Both the position numbers and the translations under genes were made by a program. From Podarcis melisellensis (taxonomy: Eukaryota): 64,000 nucleotides of DNA. Every line of letters starts with the position of its first letter. Position 1 is the first letter of the stretch. Positions 25,686 to 63,521 of the stretch are shown here, in pieces. The stretch lies in NCBI GenBank assembly GCA_964234715.1, contig OZ174282.1; one strand, given 5' to 3'. The notes beneath the pieces were generated by a model. That model was not told the DNA's origin, searched no databases, and saw only the letters and a program-made list of their open reading frames with translations.

Positions 25686-26640
25686 CAGTGGGTCTCAAAG
25701 GGTGTGGCAGGAGAAGATGGCAAGTGTGGCAAGAAGATTCAAGGACAATCAAAGAAACATTTAAACATTTATGTGTAGCATAATATAGTACACACACACT
25801 TATTTGCAGAACATGGATAGGTATCTTTTCAAAATGAGAGCAAGAGCATCAAGTGAGACTGAGGACCACCCTAGTTCTGATCGAGAATCACCATTCATAC
25901 AGAGTGCTGGAGAGGCCTATTTTATTCAACACCAGTAGCAGGCCCAATGGGACACAGGTGGCGCTGTGGGTTAAAGCCTCAGCGCCTAGGACTTGCTGAT
26001 CGAAAGGTCGGCGGTTCGAATCCCTGCTGCGGGGTGCGCTCCCGCTGCTCGGTCCCAGCGCCTGCCAACCTAGCAGTTCGAAAGCACCTCCGGGTGCAAG
26101 TAGATAAATAGGGACCGCTTACCAGCGGGAAGGTAAACGGCGTTTCCGTGTGCAGCTCTGGCTCACCAGAGCAGCGATGTCACACTGGCCATGTGACCCG
26201 GAAGTGTCTCCGTACAGCGCTGGCCCCTGGCCTCTTAAGTGAGATGGGCGCACAACCCCAGAGTCTGTCAAGACTGGCCCGTACGGGCAGAGGTACCTTT
26301 ACCTTTACCTTTAGCAGGCCCAAACAAACCTCCAAAAAAGGAAGTTTGTCAACAATATATGGATAGCTATCTGAGTCTCAGTTTCAGGTGGAATGGAGAT
26401 GACAATGTCCCTCAGCCTATAGGTTTGATCTGTGGTAAGAAGCTTTCAAAGTCCAATATGGGCCCAAACAAGATGAAAAGACGTCAAAATATGGAAATCT
26501 GGCAAACATAAATATTTTGAAAGGCTTTTGGAACAGCAGAAATGCCAACTATCACATGTAAAAAAATGAGTAAAAGATAAGATGCAAATATATTCAGTGT
26601 GATGAGAGCAAATTTTTATTCTGAAAGTGTGAGAAAAAAG
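25686..26640 (+). mobile_element. Fossil hAT (Charlie/Buster-like) transposon 5' part with a degenerate BED finger, split by a Sauria SINE
   Basis: Starts CAGTGGGTCTCAAA. ATG GAT AGG TAT (MDRY) at 25813. After the SINE it reads YMDSYLSLSFRWNGDDNVPQPIGLICGKKLSKSNMGPNKMKR, resembling Buster-family transposase N-termini. Confidence 0.65.
25949..26311 (+). mobile_element. Sauria SINE, full length
   Basis: tRNA-like head with B box GGTTCGAATCC, (ACCTTT)3 tail, 12-bp TSD TAGCAGGCCCAA. Confidence 0.95.
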
Positions 26641-26644
26641 TTTG

Positions 26645-26910
26645 AGAATCATAGAATCATAGAGTTGGAAGAGACCACAAGGGCCATCGAGTCCAACCCC
26701 CTGCCAAGCAGGAAACACCATCAGAGCACTCCTGACATATGGTTGTCAAGCCTCTGCTTAAAGACCTCCAAAGAAGGAGACTCCACCACACTCCTTGGCA
26801 GCAAATTCCACTGTCGAACAGCTCTTAGCGTCAGGAAGTTCTTCCTAATGTTTAGGTGGAATCTTCTTTCTTGTAGTTTGGAGCCATTGCTCCGTGTCCG
26901 CTTCTTTGGA
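26645..26910 (-). mobile_element. CR1 LINE 3' end, young subfamily
   Basis: Near-identical reverse complement of about 37350-37615 and 60680-60943. (ATTCTATG)n tail. Confidence 0.92.
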
Positions 26911-27119
26911 GAACTACGGTCCTACGCTGACTGGCAGTGACTCTTACTCAACAGAAGGAGTTCCTATATTCTGGGTGCAGACTAGGAACATTTCCTACCT
27001 AAGATGTCAAGGATCAGACCTGGGACAGACCCAGCCCAATACATTTTGCTGCTTGAGGCCAAACAGAAAATACCCCTCCCCCACCCCCACTCTTGCTGCT
27101 GCCTCCTCCTCTGCTGCCC

Positions 27120-27295
27120 CTGGAATATTGTGTCCAATTCTGGGCACCGTAATTTAAGAAGCATGTTGACAAGTTGGGACGTGTGCAGAGGAGGGTGACC
27201 AAGATGATCAAGGGTCTGGAAACCAAGCCTGATGAGGAACGGTTGAAGGAGCTGGGTATGTTCAGCCTGAAAAAGAGGAGACTGAGAGGAGAGAT
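27120..27295 (+). mobile_element. CR1 ORF2 internal fragment
   Basis: Encodes EYCVQFWAP...[37 protein letters not shown]. Confidence 0.85.
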
Positions 27296-27296
27296 C

Positions 27297-27572
27297 CTTT
27301 GCCAAGTCTTCGCAGCGGTGGAGCAAGCCGATCGGGCGCCTGGGGCAGCGCATGTGCCACCGCGTCACTCCCAGGAGAGATGCGTGGCTCAGGCGCACTG
27401 CAGGCCCTGCAGTGAGTGCCGCCCAGCATTTTGTCACCCCCCTCAGTGGTGACACCCAGGGTGCACCGCCCCCCTTCCTCCGCTCCTGAGCCTTTGCATC
27501 TTTTAGCTTTGTAATACAGTCAAAGAAAACACTGCCATTTCATTTGAAAGATATTTGAGTATCATACAGGCA
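27297..27572 (+). repeat. 276-bp direct repeat, copy A
   Basis: 273/276 identical to 28391-28666 with no indels. Confidence 0.97.
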
Positions 27573-28390
27573 TCAGTCCTTCTGGAAACCTCATCATCGA
27601 CCAAAATAAGAGGGATCAAATGGTCGGTGGCTGTGGCCCAAAAATACCAGGATTTTTTTTCATAGGGAAATCATTGCCTATCTACCTCAAATAACTACTG
27701 ATTTACAAGATTTCAACTCGGTTTTGAAACTTTTTAACCTTCTTATAACAAACCTCACCACTTTTTTTACATCACCTCCTCAAAAGGCGAAAGTGGCGCA
27801 TTGCAGTACTGGGGCCCCTTGGTTTAACACCTCTTGCAAACAAGCAAGATCCCTTCTTCATTCTATCTATAATGAATACTAAAACTTTAATGCCCAGGCT
27901 CTACCACCCTCCTATTTACAAGCCAAAAGAGCATACAAACAGACTTTAAAGCTGGCCAAACGCGAGTGGTACCAAAAGCGTTGGCGAGCCTTGATTGCGG
28001 CCTCTAGATCCCGCAGACCACAGGAATTTTGGGCTCTGATAAACAAAAGAGGAAGGAAGTACCCACTGGCGATTATCCCTGCGCCCACATGGGAACAATT
28101 CTTGAGTAAATATTTCTCTTTGGCAGAGGAATCCAACTCACCCATAGAATTCCGAGCCGACCATCTACCTTTGTGGCCCTCTACCGACCCAGAACTGATA
28201 ATGGACTTGATACTAGATCCGAAAACGGGCAAAGCCCCTGGGCCGGATCTAGTCCCCGCTGAGGCTATTGTCGCGCAACCGAGGTGGTGGGCTGAAATTC
28301 TGGCCAAAGCCTTTGATGCAATTAATTCTACGGGGCTTATCCCTAGGTCATGGAAGGAGGCCGTGATCATACCAGTCCATAAAAATGGTT
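27573..28390 (+). mobile_element. Internal ORF2 fragment of a non-LTR retrotransposon (RTE-X-like; linker and RT start)
   Basis: PWFNTSCKQAR...QEFWALIN...KAPGPDLVPAE...TGLIPRSWKEAVIIPVHKNG, with one in-frame stop. The clade assignment is tentative. Confidence 0.8.
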
Positions 28391-28666
28391 CTTTGCCAAG
28401 TCTTCGCAGTGGTGGAGCAAGCCGATCGGGCGCCTGGGGCAGCGCATGTGCCACCATGTCACTCCCAGGAGAGATGCGTGGCTCAGGCGCACTGCAGGCC
28501 CTGCAGTGAGTGCCGCCCAGCATTTTGTCACCCCCCTCAGTGGTGACACCCAGGGTGCACCGCCCCCCTTCCTCCGCTCCTGAGCCTTTGCATCTTTTAG
28601 CTTTGTAATACAGTCAAAGAAAACACTGCCATTTCATTTGAAAGATATTTGAGTATCATACAGGCA
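28391..28666 (+). repeat. 276-bp direct repeat, copy B
   Basis: Differs from copy A at 3 positions, all CpG transitions. Confidence 0.97.
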
Positions 28667-29659
28667 GGTGATGCTCCTGCCCACAAAAGTTTGGAGGTAG
28701 GTGTTCAAGTATCACATGTTACCCAAGTGCCCTGTGGTTATTGTGCCCTATGAGCTGGAGTGGGAGAGACGCTTGAACGATTTCCTGAGAAAGCAGCTGT
28801 GGGTGGAACTTTTGTACCTACTCAGTGAATGCGGATTCCAAACAGCTCTTGCCAGAACTACTCATTGCTCTCAGCATCACACATACTGTCCCCACCCTGA
28901 CTGCACATGGTCTCCTACCGGGATCCCAATGACCAAAAAGACACCCTGTTGCTACCAGCAGAAATGTACCACCCTCCCCACATTCTTCCTGAATTGGAGC
29001 TATCCAAAATACGTTGGGTATTGAGGAGATGCCCCCCCCCCCCTGCCAGGCTACCATTGCTGTCTGTTGCTTCTTTCTGTGATGCATTCTTGTCTCCCTT
29101 GGAAGGTTCTGCAAATGCCAGCCGAAGCCAAAGGGTGTTGCTTTCCTTTCACAAGTGGCCAGCTAATTAGATAAATTCCTGGGATTCCTGGAGGCTGACG
29201 GGGAGCCGAGCTGTACTCCTCTCCAGGCCTGCAAGGGCAGGCCAACTTGCTGAGAGCGGAGTTGGTGGCTCTCTGCCCCCGGCTGGCTGCCCAGCAAGTC
29301 TGCAGTTCCATGCAGAGGAGCAGAGGGAGCCGCCTGGCTGCCCCCGTCCCGTCCCGTCCCGTCCCGGGGTCTGCGGCAGATGAAGCCCGTGCTGGGCGGG
29401 GAGGGGGGTTAGGGAAGGGCCCTCCCTGCCGACCGAAGATCGATGCCTTTCTTTATTTGAATCGCATTCTGTTTTCTCGTTTGTGTTCTTTCCTTGTTTC
29501 TGCTCTCCCCGGTCCCCCGTTGGGGTGGCGGCGAAGCCCTCCTTCCCTCCGCCCCTTTAAGCGCCGGCCCGGCCCGCCTCCTGGCGCCTCTCGGCCAAGG
29601 CGGAAGCCGCGGCGGAGCCCGAGAAGGAAGGCCCGGCGGGAAGGAGGGAGGCCTGGGCC

Positions 29660-55781
<26,122 letters not shown>

Positions 55782-58254
55782 AAAGGGCCACTATTAAATC
55801 GCTTAAAAGCTAACATTTTAAAAGTTGGTAGCCTGCTATGAATGGAGGCTGCTATCCTTGTTGAGAAATCTATGCCTATTGCCCACTGACTGATTGTATT
55901 CATTTTTTACTCTTAATCATCTGTATATGTAAAAAATATACTGTTTGTGAACTATGTTTGAGTGTGAATTCTCTCTAGACCTCCCTAAAGCATAAATTGC
56001 CCACTCTGACCATTTCCCACTTGGTATTTATTAAACCTCTGACTTGGAAGCAAACTTAGAAGCACCAGTTTTAGAAATAGCATACATGCAGGATATAGGT
56101 CAGTATGCACCATTACAGATCAGGATAGCCATTCAGGGAGGCTTACCTCTTCCACTAGTACCGTAAGTTGGTCTCTGCAATTAGCTTTGAACTTAATGGT
56201 CACCAGGTACGGGTAACCACCTTTGTTCCAGTGATGCTGACTTCAAAGGACCCCATACCTTGCAAGTTGTACAGTACCCAGTGCAAGCAGAGGCAATGCC
56301 AGGTCTAGCTTAGGCAATAAAGTTCAAGCAGCTAAGGCAGGTTATGTGGTTGGGCATGCAGCTACAAACATACTGGCTTAAAAGCCTAAGGACCATGTAA
56401 CTTAGGGATAACCAGTTTGGTGCTTGCTAGCAGTTGCTGGACATACAACTCCACAGGTTTGCCACAGGTTGAATTGAGGGATGTTGTACAGCAGCCTTTG
56501 GGGAGCACCATGTTGGCTGTCCCTGATATAACTACCGTATCCTGTGAAATGCATTGCCTTGAACAACAAAGCTGGTAGGATCCCAGTGTTTGGATGGGGT
56601 CACACTGATCATAATGAGAGAGATAATAAGATGGCCTTTCCAAGGACAAAATTATGTTCTTTCCTGCACTTAACAAGGCAGAAGTGTTAGGTCCTCATTT
56701 TTCCATAGCCAAAGTATCCTTCTGACTGAAGCATCTGAAGGGGTTCACAACTCAAGGATGGACTAAAGTTAAGATCTGGAGCACTGGCTCTTCAGACCTT
56801 GGCATTCATTGCCCAAGCTATAATTCTGAAATTTTCCTCGAAATTAAAAAGCTTAGCAGATTCTCACAAGATTGTAGAGATGTGACAAGTGTTAGAGATG
56901 CACTCTGAGCTGGGCTTAGAGTACCTTATACACACTTCCACTGTCAACACTCCCATCTAGAACACTGTGTCAAATTCAGTTACAAGAAAGCAGAACTGAT
57001 TCTGGTGCTGCTGCTTCACTGGCCTTGAAGGACTTGGGTTACAGAACTACTACAATCAACCTGACCAAGTCTCTGTCCAAAGCTATGAGAAACTACTGAA
57101 TGTTCTCCCAAAACATTTCTCTCTCAGGCAATGCAGGTTTTGCTTCAGCCATGCTGCAATGGGGGAAGCACTTTACCCAAATACTTCTTGATGCCAGAAA
57201 GCCCTAGCTAGGGTTTTGGGGGAAGGGATTTCAATGCCTCATCTGAAGCGCTATTGGAGTTTTGCATTCCATATTGCTGCACAAGAACTCAACCGAGATT
57301 GTGAAAAGAACTTCAGACCAGGCAGACACTGAACCAATCAAGTAAATTTCCTCTCAAGTTGCTGCCCTGGAAATACTTGTTCTTAGTTGTCATAAATTGG
57401 CCAGACAAATTTCAGCCCTTGTTGTTGTATCAGTCAGTGCTGACTAAACTAATCTTTCCTGCACCCTGAAGGTCAAAACTTTGCTTCATATGCCTCAGGA
57501 GTATCTAGATTGTGTCCAATGCTACACACCCAGAGTTCCACTAATGGAACAGGACTGCCCCTTTCTCTCCCCACACCCTCAAAACCTGCTCCAATCTTCT
57601 GGAGTGGATTTTGAGAGTACGAGAAGGGGTTTTGTTGTGCAAGCAGGTCTACTGCACTTGGGAAACAGCAGCACTGGATATGACCCCATGTCCCTATCCT
57701 TTTGTCTAAAGCACACAGACACCAAAGAGAACTGATGGCATACTTGACTTTGGTAAACATTATCAGTTGAGTACTCTCCTCCCCAAAGGCACCCCCATTC
57801 TTGTTACTCAAGAAAGAAAATGGCAGAAAGGCTAGCCCCCCCACCCAGAATAGTCAGTGCTGCTATCCAACATCCCTTGTTTGGATCCCCCACCTCAAAA
57901 GCACCTCAGCTGAATTACATGCTGAAACTACCAGACAGGACTTAATCCAACGCTTTAGCACAGGCCAGCCTACAGTGCAAGTGAGGAGAGTGACAGTTGC
58001 CTGGTTCCCTTCCATCTACTGAAGAGAATGAACATTCAGAGTAACGCAAATGTCCCTCTCTAATTGCCAGGTGTTGCACTTGTCTAGCAGAGCAATGTGC
58101 TTTATATACAGCCACTCTCCAATTAGATATGAGAGCAAAATGTAATACAACCCTCTCTCCTTGTCTCCCTATTGTAGCTTAGTCTTTGGCTTTTTAGCTG
58201 TGTGCTAAAAGAGACAGTAACCATACAAGGAGTAACTTCCAAATGTGATTTTGA

Positions 58255-58260
58255 TTTATT
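58255..58260 (-). terminator. VDAC3: Probable VDAC3 polyadenylation signal AATAAA
   Basis: TTTATT on the plus strand, about 410 nt after the VDAC3 stop. Confidence 0.6.
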
Positions 58261-58671
58261 TCCACTTTGATGCAAAACCAAAGCTTTCACTACAGCACAG
58301 AGACCAGTTATACAAAAGGTCGTGAGGTGCAGGACATGCAGGATGTGATGTAGGAACACAGAAGGATGGGAGATTATTTCCTTTCACCAGATGCTATGCT
58401 GTCTTCTGAGGAACACATTTTAAAGAAACTGAGGAACTGAACTGAAATGTAGCACAACCATTACAACTTCCATGCATCCCTTCAAGTATTGCCCTTCATG
58501 GTAGGTTTGCACTCTCCAGACTTCAGATGTTGGGGGTTACAACAATTCTTTGGAAGAGTATCAAGTTCACACTTTTTGAAGTTTCACGGAAGAGTTTAAG
58601 GCCAGAACATGTGGGGTTTGTTTTCTCCTTCATCTTCCAAATAAAGATCTAATACTTCATTAAAACCTACA

Positions 58672-58763
58672 TTAAGCTTCGAGCTCAAATCCCAGCCCAA
58701 TTTTATGGCCGCCAGTACTGAAATTCTTGCCATCGATCAGAGCAGAGAGAGTCAACTTCACAC
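58672..58763 (-). CDS. VDAC3: VDAC3 last exon (G)[29 protein letters not shown]
   Basis: Acceptor ttctcccag, TAA stop. Confidence 0.96.
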
Positions 58764-61700
58764 CTGGGAGAAACACAGTGCCATTATTAAGAGAATACAG
58801 CAGACTATCAACCAGTAAGGGAGAATAGGGGGGGAAAGTCAGAAGAGAAGACTCGCAGCTGAGAGAACCAGTGTGTGCTAGATCTCAAGGTAATTCTTTG
58901 GTAAGACTCCCATGCACCGAGGTTTCTCAGGCAAGTTGTTCTCTCTAGACACACATTGGCTACATTAGCTTCCCTTTGTGGCAGGATTTACTCAAGGCAT
59001 AATCCAAAAATAAGGTGGCGCATACTGTTCTTTACAGGGTTTGGACCCACTACCCCATGATGCCCTGGAAGTATCACTGGAATTTTCTAACTCGTTTTGT
59101 CCTACAGCCAAAATGCAAGCAAAATTAAGGTATGCATTCAATACATTCAACAGTTTACATACCAGGTCGTAAGGTCTGAGTGTAGCCAAGTCCAATGAGG
59201 CTGGCATTATTGACTTTGGCCTAGAAAGAAAAAAAGGAACATTCAACAGCGTTACCAGTTTTTACTTGCTTTCCTGAGAAAGTTTATGAAGAGTCAGCAG
59301 TCTTCTAGAACTAGATCTATCAGTAAAGAGATGGAAGACGCTGGTAGTTATATGTTGGCAACTGCTTTCTGAGCATAAAAAGTCCCTCCTTCACCAGTCT
59401 GGGTAAAGGAATGGTGCCCACACTAGTGGAAACACTAATGTTATTGCCCTTAAGCATCAATGTAGTCAAAATCCATTCTCCTGTGTGTCACGAAGAGGAA
59501 ATGATCACATGCAATATAGTCAACATTACCCAGAAGGAAGGAAGATTGGATGTTAAACAAAACTTAGGGTAAAGGTAAAGGGTAAAGGGACCCCTGACCA
59601 TTAGGTCCAGTCGTGACTGACTCTGGGGTTGCGGCGCTCATCTCACTTTACTGGCTGAGGGAGCCGGCGTACAGCTTCTGGGTCATGTGGCCAGCAAGAC
59701 TAAGCCGCTTCTGGCAAACCAGAGCAGTGCACGAAAACGCCGTTTACCTTCCTGCCGGAGCGGTACCTATTTATCTACTTGCACTTTGACGTGCTTTCGA
59801 ACTGCTAGGTGGGCAGGAGCAGGGACCGAGCAACGGGAGCTCACCCCGTCGTGGGGATTCGAACCACCCACCTGATCGGCAAGCCCTAGGCTCTGGTTTA
59901 ACCCACAGCGCCTCCTGTGTCCCTCAAAAAATCCTCAAAAAATCCTCAAAAACACAAAAGGCTTCATTCTTAGTAAGATGATAAACCTAAGTCCTTAACC
60001 TACAGGTGGAATACTGCTCCATATAAAACAGTACCCTGCATGCGGAAAGGCTACGTTCAAACCCTTCTCCCAGAGGACATATTCTATATGTAGGAAATTC
60101 AATAAGAGCACTCACTCCACCTGAAGTTGGACCTGGCTGAAGACTGATCTACCAAATGAGATCTCAATACAGTACGTAGGACTGCCAAATACACCAAAAA
60201 TCTCGCAAATAGTGGAAGTCTTCCTACTCCCTAAGTTGATTCTACACAAACAATTCACAGCTAGCATAAAACAAACAAGTGAATTTGTTTTTATAAGACA
60301 CTAGTCCATACTGAAACTTTCACTTGACAACTCGTATCACTGTAATTGTTCCATATAGGGTTCATACAAAAGGTTAACATAAAACTTCTGCTATTGTTAA
60401 GGCTGCTCCAAAGACATCTGAGGCATAAAGCCAAGAGGCAAGGGAAATGGGACAGTGCTATACAATTAACTTGAAATTATCAGCACACATGTATAACATA
60501 CCTCCAGAGGAGGGCAACCAAAATGGTCAAAGGCCTGGAAACAATGCCTTATGAGGAACGGCTAAGGGAGCTGGGCATGTTTAGCCTGGAGAAGAGGAGG
60601 TTAAGGGGTGATATGATAGCCATGTTCAAATATATAAAAGGATGTCACATAGAGGAGGGAGAAAGGTTGTTTTCTGCTGCTCCAGAGAAGCGGACACGGA
60701 GCAATGGATCCAAACTACAAGAAAGAAGATTCCACCTAAACATTAGGAAGAACTTCCTGACAGCAAGAGCTGTTTGACAGTGGAATTTGCTGCCAAGGAG
60801 TGTGGTGGAGTCTCCTTCTTTGGAGGTCTTTAAGCAGAGGCTTGACAACCATATGTCAGGAGTGCTCTGATGGTGTTTCCTGCTTGGCAAGGGGTTGGAC
60901 TTGATGGCCCTTGTGGTCTCTTCCAACTCTATGATTCTATGATACTGGGAAGATGGCAAAATTCTTACCGAGACAGAAGCTTTATCATCCAACTGGTACT
61001 TGGTGGCAATACCAAACCGAGTGTTATTACTGCCAGCGGTCCAAGCAAGACTGACAGATGTTTCAATGTTGCTATTAACCTTCTGATAGATGGAGCCACC
61101 AAATTCAGTGCCATCATTCCTATTTTTTAAGAGATCAAATGAAGATTCAATTTTGCCTTTATAATAGTTTTTCAACAATTGCAAATATTTGCCCTTATTC
61201 TCTTTAGCTCTACCCCAGCCTTATTCTAGCTTGTAATGATTTTCTGTTTTTCTAGTCCGTCCCCACCCCACCCTGCTTTTAGGGCTAAGAGTGGCTGACA
61301 ACAATTTTGAATAAAATGGTTAAATCCGTATATATTCCCTTCTTGTCCTGACATTTTCCCTACTAGACTAGAGGTTCTATAGCTAAAGTTAGACTTAGGT
61401 TAATATATGAAGATGCACCAATTATCAGCTGGAATAGGGAAAGATCTGAAATAATGACAAGCATAAAAATGATATTTTTTTCCCCCAGCTGGATTGAGAG
61501 GGAAGCACTTTCTGATATGAAGCAGAAAGACCAAATATAAGCTAAAATGTTCCTTTCTAAACTGCACTCTGAATGCAAGAGCAAGTGAATGGAGATTGGA
61601 AGGAGCCATTTCCCATCCAGATCTCCTTAGCTTCAGCATGTGCCTTCATGATGGAATATACCCTGCTCCATGCAAATTAACTACCTCGGTGCTAGCATAA

Positions 61701-63521
61701 TGTGAGAGAACCAAAAGTAATTCAACTGTGCAGTCATTTCCTTTTTAATGAGTTCCTGGATCCTGGCAAATGCCCTAGAAATCTACGGAGACTAAGAATT
61801 GTGCTCTTTCTGGGAAAGAACCATAGGTGGTCAGAGAAGACTTGGTTTGCAACCTTCAAGACTGAAGGCAAAGGTCACCTTCAACACAACCTCAAATTTA
61901 ATCCCTTTCATGCATGCATATCGCCTGACTTAGCAGAAAGCTCATATTGCATATTTTATTATGTTTTCTGGTTTCTGTACATTCTGGCCTCCTGACCACA
62001 AAGAAATACTTACACATTTGTGTGCAGCTGGAAGTCTGCTGCCTTATATCCCAATGCAAAGTTATTCTGTGAAAGTTTGGACTTGGCTGTGTCGAAAGCC
62101 ATCTGATACCCAGCAAGCCAACCTTCATAGCCCAGAACAGCCCAGCCATGGATGGTTGGTCCAGCGAGGTCAATATCAACATTACAACCTAGGTTTAGAT
62201 ACTCCCGTTTATAGGATGTCTTCAACTTTCCACTCTTCTTCCTGGGAAGGTGTAAGAACAGGGAATCAAGTTTAATCCCATCTATAACCTCTAGTAGGCA
62301 TTTCTTACAAACCCATACATTTAGCAGAGAACTGGGCATGAATTACCCCTGCGTGCTACCTGATGTTACATAATTGATTCAGTGTCACTGTCAATATTTC
62401 AATACATTCATTTAAAGACAGCCTTAAGCAAAAGAATAGGAAAGCACCTCCTATGTGAGCTAGCAGCTCCAGTACAACAGTCTGCAAGTGGTACCATCAC
62501 CTATGAGGAAAGCACCCAGCTAAAAGTAGCCCTCTCGAGGGATGAATACTTACCCTGTGTTTGGTACAAACATGGTTTCAAGGGTCAGCTTCAGTCCCTC
62601 AGCCAGCTGAAGTGAAAAAAGAAAAACATAGTACTCGTCTTTAAAAAATAATTACTTAATAAGTGGTATTTTCTTCCTACTTTTAACTGCTTCTACTTAG
62701 CATTTCTTGTTCTTTGTAAATTATGGTAGTCTGCAGCACAGAAAAATGAAAAAAAAATGTATGATGGAAATCCTAGAGAATCAAAAGTTTTCAAATGTTA
62801 CAGTCTCTGAAAACCAGGCCATTATACATTACCTCATTATTTAGTGCCACCTGTGATAAAATGGAAGGTTCCCAAATTACATATAACTGAAAAGATCTCA
62901 CACTTTTTGCCTCAAATACCTAAGTAGCAGCCCAAGTACTTGTTGTTTCTGCATATGTGAATTCATTGACATACTAATTATATTTCTTGGATTGAAACTC
63001 AAGAACTCACAAAAGCACACCTAGGCATTAATTTTTGATAGATTATAAAGCAGCTTCACCATTTGATGGTTAAGGTATATTCAGAACACCAATTTTCCCT
63101 ATCTTCAGAGGTAAGGTGGCTGATAAATGGTGAGAGGACCTTTTCAGCAATGGTGTCTATCTGTAGATATAGTCTGTAGATATCTCCAGATATAATCTAC
63201 ATTACATTACTACCAACCACTAACTTCAGAATCCCTCACCCCCACTTAAAAAACTCCCCACAACATAGAAAAAGCTATTTTACACAACTCATTCTTTCCC
63301 CATAAGCCTTTGCTTAATTTCTTCTAGTTTACCTGCTATGCTGAAGTCATGATTCCATTTCCTCTTACCTTATTCTCCATGGACAGTTCTGTCCCCAAGG
63401 TGTTGTCAGTGTTCCATTTCTGAGTGAACGTAAGTCCATAATCCTTGAACTTATATTTGGTCTCTAGGCTGCCTGAGGCTTTGCCTGTGTCTGTGTTGGA
63501 GGAACCAGTGGTGATAAATTC
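58672..63521 (-). CDS. VDAC3: Voltage-dependent anion channel 3, last six coding exons; the 5' exons lie beyond the window
   Basis: Exons of 153, 53, 228, 151, 58 and 92 nt splice in frame. FTQKWNT (Gln where VDAC1/2 have Glu73), [13 protein letters not shown] and the GFELEA* end are VDAC3-type. Confidence 0.96.
59163..59220 (-). CDS. VDAC3: VDAC3 exon [19 protein letters not shown]
   Basis: 58 nt, ag/gt boundaries. Confidence 0.96.
59567..59923 (-). mobile_element. Sauria SINE, second subfamily
   Basis: Reverse-complement homologue of 35182-35504 with an (ACCTTT)n-type tail. Confidence 0.93.
60503..60943 (+). mobile_element. 5'-truncated CR1 LINE, young subfamily, antisense within a VDAC3 intron
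   Basis: Near-identical to about 37177-37615. Encodes [29 protein letters not shown]. Confidence 0.95.
60969..61119 (-). CDS. VDAC3: VDAC3 exon [50 protein letters not shown]
   Basis: 151 nt, ag/gt boundaries. Confidence 0.96.
62014..62241 (-). CDS. VDAC3: VDAC3 exon [24 protein letters not shown]...FQLHTNV
   Basis: 228 nt, ag/gt boundaries. Confidence 0.97.
62554..62606 (-). CDS. VDAC3: VDAC3 exon [18 protein letters not shown]
   Basis: 53 nt, ag/gt boundaries. Confidence 0.96.
63369..63521 (-). CDS. VDAC3: VDAC3 exon [51 protein letters not shown]
   Basis: 153 nt, ag/gt boundaries. Confidence 0.97.

Noticed and set aside
27297-28666. Interpretation as an LTR retrotransposon or TRIM
   Set aside because: No PBS after the first repeat, no PPT before the second, no outer TSD, and the interior is non-LTR ORF2.
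55782-58250. POLB or DKK4 remnants
   Set aside because: No matching peptides in the ORF track or on manual reading. Very decayed or short exons cannot be excluded without tBLASTn.
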